Source: Pseudomonadota bacterium (GTDB taxonomy: Bacteria; Pseudomonadota; Gammaproteobacteria; Steroidobacterales; MnTg04). Taken from it: a DNA stretch of 64,000 nt. The notes below the pieces were generated by a model. The model was not told where the DNA came from. It saw only the letters and a program-made list of their open reading frames with translations, and did not search any database. Positions 32,252 through 37,806 of the stretch are shown here, in pieces. The position numbers and the translations under genes are program-made. The stretch covers positions 70,223 through 134,222 of the forward strand of contig JACZVC010000003.1 in NCBI GenBank assembly GCA_022572885.1, written 5' to 3'. Within the stretch, counting starts at the first letter, position 1, and each line of letters begins with the position of its first letter.

Positions 32252-32498
32252 GCCTCATCCCGTTTGTCCGCAAAAACGAATAATGCATCAAGCAACTGAC
32301 CGGTACCATATTGGATCCGGTCCAGGAAGGAAACACCGATAAGCCCGATTCTATATAGTCTGCGCCCCACTAATGGTTGTGTTTACGCTAAAAACGGTAT
32401 GCTTTCCCCACTTTATTTGTTTTCTCCATTTAGTGTCTTTATTTGCTGTTTTTCGCTACTAATAACCACTTTAGTGGAAATTATTGCCAATGTTTTAC

Positions 32499-32506
32499 AT
32501 ATCAAG
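32499..32506. repeat. putative target-site duplication, left copy (ATATCAAG)
   Basis: The 8 bp directly outside IRL match the 8 bp directly outside IRR (ATACCAAG) at 7 of 8 positions. Confidence 0.6.
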
Positions 32507-32529
32507 CGGAAGTATGTACTTATTGAAAA
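32507..32529 (+). repeat. left terminal inverted repeat (IRL) CGGAAGTATGTACTTATTGAAAA
   Basis: Exact reverse complement of 35670-35692. Confidence 0.85.
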
Positions 32530-32586
32530 CGGATTTTAGCCCAAAATAGGAAGAAAACGGGCTGAAAATCGTGGGAAAGTGGGAAA

Positions 32587-32616
32587 TTGCTATAGATGAG
32601 TGGAAAATAGTATAAT
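32587..32616 (+). promoter_or_regulatory. sigma70-like promoter TTGCTA-N18-TATAAT reading into the DUF1902 gene
   Basis: TTGCTA at 32587-32592 and a perfect TATAAT at 32611-32616, about 90 nt upstream of ATG 32706. Confidence 0.5.
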
Positions 32617-32705
32617 CGGCCCACGCTTTTTGCAACATTAAAGAGTATATTATCTGTGCCGATTCATGTAGTTACGCACAGTACTTAATCTAGAGGGAAC
32701 AGGCC

Positions 32706-32975
32706 ATGCCTAACGACCAAGACTGTTTTTATATCGAGCTTACGGTGGACCCAGATAAAGACGGTATTTACGTTAGTAGTAAACAAGTTCCGGGATTGCA
32801 TTTGATGGGATCTAGCATGAATGACATGAGGCCGACGCTTGAAAAGGCCATTAAGCGCCTCTATCTCGACAACAAAGGAACAGATGTCAATGTAATCTGG
32901 TTGTCTAATGCTGAGGACTTTCCGGTAGCTCACGATGTGCCGGTACGGCTCGCTGTTTACGAAAAAGCAGCCTAG
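32706..32975 (+). CDS. DUF1902 / HicB-like small protein (possible antitoxin)
   Basis: 89 aa. The pattern FYIELTVDPDKDGIYVSSKQVPGLHLMGSSMNDMRPTLEKAI resembles the DUF1902 / HicB N-terminal fold signature (..PGL..eg.t.eE..). An SD-like GAGGGA lies upstream. Confidence 0.55.
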   Translation: MPNDQDCFYIELTVDPDKDGIYVSSKQVPGLHLMGSSMNDMRPTLEKAIKRLYLDNKGTDVNVIWLSNAEDFPVAHDVPVRLAVYEKAA

Positions 32976-33007
32976 AAGTACCATAAGGATTGCAGGGACG
33001 GTTGAAT

Positions 33008-33247
33008 ATGATTGCTGTTCGGCTGCTCTCGCGTAAGGTAGTAAAAGAAAGGCTTGATGCGTTTGGTTGCCAGCTTGTCGAGGAATATGACAACCCCTCT
33101 GATTCTTATTATCAATCGTCCTATTGGCGAACTTCCTGGGGGTTCCACTTTTTTGTTCCAGAGTTAGGCGAGAACCGATTGTGTCCAGAGCATCGGTTGT
33201 ACCAAATCCTCGCGGAGCTTTCTGAATTGGCTCCGAGGAAGGACTAG
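33008..33247 (+). CDS. hypothetical small protein, weakly HicA-like
   Basis: 79 aa from ATG 33008 (the track ORF begins at TTG 32990). The segments LSRKVVKERLDAFGCQLV, GFHFFVP and LYQILAEL loosely follow the HicA layout. Weak call. Confidence 0.4.
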   Translation: MIAVRLLSRKVVKERLDAFGCQLVEEYDNPSDSYYQSSYWRTSWGFHFFVPELGENRLCPEHRLYQILAELSELAPRKD

Positions 33248-34230
33248 AAATCTGGATTTAGTTGTTTCGGGCGAAAATTTGTCCTTGTGTCAACTGGTTC
33301 TCGATAACGCAGCCGTTTTCCATCTGCTGCCTGAATCGCTGCCACGGTTCGGTCCCCATCGCTTAGCTTGCGCCCGTTATACCGAAATTCGTATTCGGCC
33401 AGATATCGGTGCAGATGTTTCTTGCTTACCGAGTGGTAAATACCGCTTAGGCCACGTTTCACAATGGCGAAATAGCTTTCTACGGTGTTGGTAGTTACGT
33501 CGCCTCGAACATACTCGCCAGCGGAGTGCTTTACGGTATGGTGTCCACCTTCGTATTCCCGCCCGATGCCACGATATTGTTTGGCTTCGTCCGTCATAAT
33601 CTTAGCTCGGCGATCAACATTGTCACGGATGGCGATTTTCAGGGTCTTGGCTGAGACATCCGGTAGAACCATTGCCCGGACTCGGCCACCGCGCTCGACC
33701 ATGGCCATCACCGGCGTTTTATTACTCCAGGCTTCGCGCTTGTCCCGCGGGTGCCGGGGCTTGCCGCCTACATGGGTTTCGTCAATTTCGACGGTTCCGG
33801 TTAGTGGGTTGCCATCAGTTGGGGCCATGGCGAAGCGGATACGGTGCAGCAGGAACAGGGCTGATTTATAACTGAGGCCAGTCTGACGCTTGATTTCCAA
33901 TGCGCTAACCCCTTTTTTGGAGGTGGCGGCACGCCAGAACCCAAAGCACCAGTGGCGCAGAGGGATGCGAGAATCCTCGAAAACAGTGCCAGTACGGACG
34001 CTATATAACGAATTACAATCCCGACAGCGCCAGCGATAATGCTTCTCCCGACCACCTTTCCGAGACTGCATTTGGTATACGTCCATGCCGCCGCATTTGG
34101 GGCAGGCCGGATAATCGCCCCAGCGGTTCTTTTCCATGAATTCAACAGCCACAGCCTCATTCGCGCAGGCTGTTGGAAGGTCCTGAATTGGCGTGTCGCC
34201 CTTAGTCGATTGGTTCTGTATCTTGCTCAT
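33244..34230 (-). CDS. IS1595-family (ISXO2-like) transposase
   Basis: 328 aa. N-terminal zinc ribbon (CPKCGG...WRCRDC), then the ISXO2-like DDE domain (VEIDETHVGGK, IMTDEAKQY, NTVESYF, and HRYLAEYEFRYN). Confidence 0.9.
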   Translation of the reverse strand: MSKIQNQSTKGDTPIQDLPTACANEAVAVEFMEKNRWGDYPACPKCGGMDVYQMQSRKGGREKHYRWRCRDCNSLYSVRTGTVFEDSRIPLRHWCFGFWRAATSKKGVSALEIKRQTGLSYKSALFLLHRIRFAMAPTDGNPLTGTVEIDETHVGGKPRHPRDKREAWSNKTPVMAMVERGGRVRAMVLPDVSAKTLKIAIRDNVDRRAKIMTDEAKQYRGIGREYEGGHHTVKHSAGEYVRGDVTTNTVESYFAIVKRGLSGIYHSVSKKHLHRYLAEYEFRYNGRKLSDGDRTVAAIQAADGKRLRYREPVDTRTNFRPKQLNPDF

Positions 34231-34237
34231 TGGTATT

Positions 34238-34265
34238 ATTATACTTGATGAAATTATATTGTCAA
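34238..34265 (-). promoter_or_regulatory. consensus sigma70 promoter TTGACA-N16-TATAAT, 7 nt upstream of the transposase ATG (leaderless layout)
   Basis: The minus strand reads TTGACAATATAATTTCATCAAGTATAATAATACCAATG. There is no Shine-Dalgarno sequence between the -10 box and the ATG. Confidence 0.6.
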
Positions 34266-34318
34266 TGCTTGCAGAAAACTATTTGCAAGCATTGCTTGCA
34301 TCCACTATCATGCAAGCA
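34266..34318. promoter_or_regulatory. four-half-site palindromic operator-like array (TGCTTGCA / TGCAAGCA)
   Basis: Half-sites lie at 34266-73, 34284-91, 34293-300 and 34311-18, with spacings of 18/9/18 symmetric about 34292. The central 17-mer TGCAAGCATTGCTTGCA is a perfect palindrome. Confidence 0.6.
34283..34311 (+). promoter_or_regulatory. sigma70-like promoter TTGCAA-N17-TATCAT, 6 nt upstream of the P63C ATG (leaderless layout)
   Basis: TTGCAA at 34283-88, TATCAT at 34306-11, ATG at 34318. No SD sequence. Confidence 0.5.
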
Positions 34319-35337
34319 TGACCAGTTCAGATAGCCCGAAAGCAAGGGGCGGCTACGCAAGGGCCGCGTCGTTAACGTCCAAGCAACGGCGTGAAATAGC
34401 TATAAAGGCCGCTGCAAGCCGTTGGAGAGCTGATCTCCCTCAGGCTACCCACGCCGGAGAACTTAAGATAGGCGATATGACTATCCCCTGCGCGAATCTT
34501 GAAGACGGGACTCGTGTGCTTACAGAGTCCGACTTCATGAAGAACATGGGGATGTATCGCAGCGGTGCGTTGTCGGTAAGACGTAAGGTCGATGATGAAA
34601 CCGGTGCACTAGCGCCGCTTTATCTCGCTTTCAAGAACATAAAACCTTTTGTAGAGAAGCACTTAGGGAATGTGCACCAATCCTTCATCAAGTATCGGAC
34701 TGGTAAGGGGATGGTAGCCCACGGAATAAGCGCCGAGTCAATACCGAAGATTTGCGAAATCTGGCTTGATGCTAAAAAGGCCGGGGTGCTTGGTAGGCGG
34801 CAAGAAAAAATCGCCGAGAAAGCCGAATTGGTAATACGTGCTTTGGCCCACATCGGCATCATCGCTCTGGTTGATGAAGCAACTGGCTATCAGGAAATCA
34901 GGGACCGAAAAGCCCTGCAATCCATTCTGGACAAGTACCTGCGTAAGGAACTTGCAGCATGGGCCAAGAAATTCCCGGACGAGTTCTACAAAGAAATGTT
35001 TAGACTTCGCGGCTGGGAGTGGAAAGGAATGAAAGTCAATCGCCCCAGCGTAGTAGGAAAGTACACCAAGGACCTTGTCTACGAGCGCATCGCGCCAGGG
35101 CTACTCAACGAATTAGAGCGAAAAAATCCCAAGCACACAGTTGGCCGAAGAAAGGCAAAACACCATCAATGGTTAACTGAGGATGTAGGTGATCCGGCAC
35201 TAGCTCAGCATTTGTACGCTGTCATCGGACTAATGCGCGCCTCATCTGACTGGAGCCAGTTAAAGCGCCTGATGAATCGCGCATTCCCTCGTAAAGGGGA
35301 TACGCTGGACCTGCCCTTAGAGGATTTTCCGGATTGA
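34318..35337 (+). CDS. P63C domain-containing protein
   Basis: 339 aa. The N-terminal GGYARAASLTSKQRREIAIKAAASRW segment and the central/C-terminal region resemble phage P22 ORF63 C-terminal (P63C) family proteins, as I recall them. Confidence 0.75.
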   Translation: MTSSDSPKARGGYARAASLTSKQRREIAIKAAASRWRADLPQATHAGELKIGDMTIPCANLEDGTRVLTESDFMKNMGMYRSGALSVRRKVDDETGALAPLYLAFKNIKPFVEKHLGNVHQSFIKYRTGKGMVAHGISAESIPKICEIWLDAKKAGVLGRRQEKIAEKAELVIRALAHIGIIALVDEATGYQEIRDRKALQSILDKYLRKELAAWAKKFPDEFYKEMFRLRGWEWKGMKVNRPSVVGKYTKDLVYERIAPGLLNELERKNPKHTVGRRKAKHHQWLTEDVGDPALAQHLYAVIGLMRASSDWSQLKRLMNRAFPRKGDTLDLPLEDFPD

Positions 35338-35350
35338 TTTATAAAAAAAT

Positions 35351-35433
35351 GCCGGGGTGGCGAAATTGGTAAACGCTGACGACTTGGAATCGTCTGGCTT
35401 TCCGCCTTGCGGGTTCGATCCCCGTCCCCGGCA
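35351..35433 (+). tRNA. class II tRNA, Leu-type body (A73, long variable arm) with anticodon 5'-UGG-3' (Pro); no encoded CCA
   Basis: Manual cloverleaf: acceptor GCCGGGG/CCCCGGC (7 bp); TG; D-arm GCG-AAATTGGTAAA-CGC; T; anticodon stem GACGA/TCGTC with loop CTTGGAA; 14-nt variable arm TGGCTTTCCGCCTT; T-arm GCGGG-TTCGATC-CCCGT; discriminator A. Confidence 0.75.
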
Positions 35434-35450
35434 CTCTAATTATATCAAAT

Positions 35451-35624
35451 ATGACTGACAAAAGAGAGAAACGAGGCCCAAAACCAGAAACCGTCAAGAT
35501 CGACGAAGACTGGGAGGACGCTGTCAAAAAGGCGCTAGAGAAGAAACGCCCGAAAAGTGGGTGGCCTGGAACCAGCGAGGATAAAGGGTCAGAGACCGAT
35601 CCAGAGCCGACAAGCGATAAATAA
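35451..35624 (+). CDS. 57-aa highly charged hypothetical protein
   Basis: My own translation is MTDKREKRGPKPETVKIDEDWEDAVKKALEKKRPKSGWPGTSEDKGSETDPEPTSDK. There is no SD, and an AT-rich TAATTATAT lies just upstream. It is below the track cutoff. Confidence 0.35.
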   Translation: MTDKREKRGPKPETVKIDEDWEDAVKKALEKKRPKSGWPGTSEDKGSETDPEPTSDK

Positions 35625-35669
35625 TCCCACCGATCTTTTTCGCTTTTCGTAACTTATTGATTATTATAC

Positions 35670-35692
35670 TTTTCAATAAGTACATACTTCCG
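35670..35692 (-). repeat. right terminal inverted repeat (IRR)
   Basis: TTTTCAATAAGTACATACTTCCG is the exact reverse complement of IRL. Confidence 0.85.
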
Positions 35693-35700
35693 ATACCAAG
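35693..35700. repeat. putative target-site duplication, right copy (ATACCAAG)
   Basis: See the left copy at 32499-32506. Confidence 0.6.
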
Positions 35701-35860
35701 GCAATAACGGGGCGTCCCTGCCCCGGCGGCTCTCTTCCCTGACAGAGCTTTTCAACTCGCCGCAGTGCCAGTGTGAGCCGTCGCCAGACATCTGTCTGTC
35801 AGGATTCTTTGACACTGTGCGTAGGTGCATGCCCACAATATCGGCACGGAGGAACCGCCG

Positions 35861-36304
35861 ATGATCGGATTGTTGCAAAGGGTCAGCAAGGCCGACGTAA
35901 TCGTCGATGGTCGAACGATCGCGAAAATCGACCGCGGCCTGCTGGTGCTGGTCGGCGTCGAAAAAGACGACACCCAGCGAACGGCGGAACGACTGGCGGA
36001 ACGGCTGCTCGATTACCGGGTGTTTGCCGACGCGCAGCAGCGCATGAACCTGGGGCTCAGGGAGGCCGGTGGCGGGCTGTTGCTGGTACCGCAGTTCACG
36101 CTGGCGGCTGATACTCGTAAAGGGCTGCGCGCGAGTTTTACCGCGGCGGCAAACCCGGAGCTTGGCCGGCGCCTGTTCGACGAACTGGTGCGCCATGCCA
36201 GCCACCTGCACCAACCGGTCGAGACCGGCGAATTTGGCGCAGATATGCAAGTGTCGCTGGTTAACGACGGGCCGGTCACGTTCTGGCTGCAGATCAGCCC
36301 TTGA
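35861..36304 (+). CDS. dtd: D-aminoacyl-tRNA deacylase
   Basis: [13 protein letters not shown]...[11 protein letters not shown]...VPQFTL...[12 protein letters not shown] is the classic Dtd pattern. GGAGG lies upstream of ATG 35861. Confidence 0.9.
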   Translation: MIGLLQRVSKADVIVDGRTIAKIDRGLLVLVGVEKDDTQRTAERLAERLLDYRVFADAQQRMNLGLREAGGGLLLVPQFTLAADTRKGLRASFTAAANPELGRRLFDELVRHASHLHQPVETGEFGADMQVSLVNDGPVTFWLQISP

Positions 36305-36380
36305 AATACACACCCGCAACTGAGTATTTTTTGGCCTAGTGGCGTATGATTTCGACTCCAAACCATAACGGGAGAGGCGT

Positions 36381-36635
36381 ATGGGTCTCGGTGGCATCAG
36401 TGTCTGGCAACTTCTGATTATCCTGCTGATTGTCATCGTGCTGTTTGGCACGAAAAGGCTAAGTACGATCGGCAAGGATCTCGGTGGCGCCGTGAAAGGC
36501 TTCCGCAAAGCCGTCGATGACGGTGAAAAAGAACAGGCGGCTCACCAGATCAGCGTGCATCCGGAGTCAGGCGATGACCAGAAATCCGGCAACAACCGGC
36601 AAGCGGAAGGCGCAGACAAGACCCAACAAGACTGA
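36381..36635 (+). CDS. tatA: twin-arginine translocase subunit TatA
   Basis: [27 protein letters not shown]. Confidence 0.9.
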   Translation: MGLGGISVWQLLIILLIVIVLFGTKRLSTIGKDLGGAVKGFRKAVDDGEKEQAAHQISVHPESGDDQKSGNNRQAEGADKTQQD

Positions 36636-36886
36636 TGTTTGATATCGGCTTTTGGGAGCTGGTCATTCTGTTTGCCCTGGCGCTGGTTGTGCTGGGGCCG
36701 AAAAGATTACCGGAACTGGCGGCGACCCTGGGTCGCTGGCTTGGCCGCGCCCGCTTCATGGCACGATCCCTGAAGACCCAGATCGATACCGAACTGGCGA
36801 TCGAACGGGCGAATGAGGCCGCGGCAAAGAAAGACCAGGAAAAGAAGGACAAGGCAGCGGAGCCGACCGACCGTGACCCAGGTTGA
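36635..36886 (+). CDS. tatB: twin-arginine translocase subunit TatB (short, 83 aa)
   Basis: [26 protein letters not shown]. Confidence 0.85.
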   Translation: MFDIGFWELVILFALALVVLGPKRLPELAATLGRWLGRARFMARSLKTQIDTELAIERANEAAAKKDQEKKDKAAEPTDRDPG

Positions 36887-37649
36887 CGAGCAGCCGGCCG
36901 GCGAGGCCAGCCTGATTTCGCATTTGCTGGAACTGCGGACCCGGCTGATGTACTCCGGTATCGCCGTTATTGTCCTGTTTTTCTGTTTATGGCCGTTTAG
37001 CGACCAGCTGTTTGCGCTCGCCGCGGCGCCGCTGATCGCGCAAATGCCCGAGGATTCGACAATGATTGCCACGCAGGTGGCATCGCCGTTCCTGACCCCG
37101 TTCAAACTCAGCATAGTGGCCGCTGTTTTCCTCGCCATGCCGGTAATCCTTTACCAGATCTGGGCCTTTGTCTCTCCCGGGCTGTATCAGCGGGAAAAAC
37201 GCTTTACCGTGCCGTTGCTGATATCGAGCATCTTGCTTTTTTACCTGGGCGTCGCCTTTGCCTATGCGGTGGTTTTCCCGCTGATGTTCGCTTTCTTTAA
37301 CGCGGTAGCGCCGGAAGGTGTCGCCGTGATGACCGACATCTCACATTACCTGGATTTCATCCTGGTCCTGTTTTTTGCCTTTGGGATGGCATTCGAGGTG
37401 CCGGTCGCCACCGTCTTGCTAGTCTGGAGCGGTTTCGTGACGCCCGCCAATCTGCGCGGCAAGCGCACCTATGTTTTTCTGTCGTGTTTTGTGCTCGGCA
37501 TGTTTCTGACCCCGCCCGATATCGTCTCGCAGACCCTGCTGGCCGTCCCGATGTACCTGCTTTTTGAAGTGGGCATCGTCATGTCGCGAATCCTGGTACC
37601 GGGTTACAAGGAAGTCGAGGCGCAACAGGCGGAAACTCCCGATGACTGA
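36873..37649 (+). CDS. tatC: twin-arginine translocase subunit TatC
   Basis: [12 protein letters not shown] and a six-TM pattern. I chose the GTG at 36873. The track ORF starts at 36813, inside tatB. Confidence 0.85.
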   Translation: MTQVDEQPAGEASLISHLLELRTRLMYSGIAVIVLFFCLWPFSDQLFALAAAPLIAQMPEDSTMIATQVASPFLTPFKLSIVAAVFLAMPVILYQIWAFVSPGLYQREKRFTVPLLISSILLFYLGVAFAYAVVFPLMFAFFNAVAPEGVAVMTDISHYLDFILVLFFAFGMAFEVPVATVLLVWSGFVTPANLRGKRTYVFLSCFVLGMFLTPPDIVSQTLLAVPMYLLFEVGIVMSRILVPGYKEVEAQQAETPDD

Positions 37650-37806
37650 CCGTCATTGGCCGCTTTGACCGGCCATTGCGATCGCTGCCCCGAATGGACA
37701 GCCGTTGACGGTTTCGCGATAATTATGGGAAATCACCGGATATGATGGCTTTGGTTGATATCGCCGAGCCTGTAAAATCAACGCCTGACCCAGGGGAGCG
37801 CAGCTC

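Larger units (their letters stand above)
32507..35692. mobile_element. IS1595-family transposable unit with passenger genes (3,186 bp)
   Basis: It is bounded by perfect 23-bp terminal inverted repeats and flanked by a 7/8 8-bp direct repeat. It contains one IS1595/ISXO2-type transposase gene and is visibly AT-rich relative to its flanks. Confidence 0.75.

Noticed and set aside
32618-34285. Alternative shorter IS with TTGCAAC-type ends (CGCTTTTTGCAACATT at about 32625 versus AATGCTTGCAGAAAA at about 34264)
   Set aside because: The match is short and gapped. The right-hand candidate is better explained as part of the four-site palindrome array. The 23-bp perfect repeats with flanking duplication are far stronger evidence.
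35660-35671. 12-nt direct repeat ATTATTATACTT shared with 34235-34246
   Set aside because: In both places it is AT-rich promoter-like sequence containing TATAAT on the minus strand. It is too short to argue for an internal IS end, so I note it only as possible -10 elements.
32342-35860. tRNA-targeted integrase-type genomic island
   Set aside because: No integrase or recombinase gene is present. The tRNA lies inside the inverted repeats rather than at an island border. I found no direct repeat of the tRNA 3' end. The boundaries are better explained by IS-type inverted repeats plus an 8-bp duplication.
35654-36508. 284-aa ORF on the minus strand spanning IRR, dtd and tatA
   Set aside because: It is antisense to two confidently identified genes and crosses the IS boundary. 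It is a shadow ORF.
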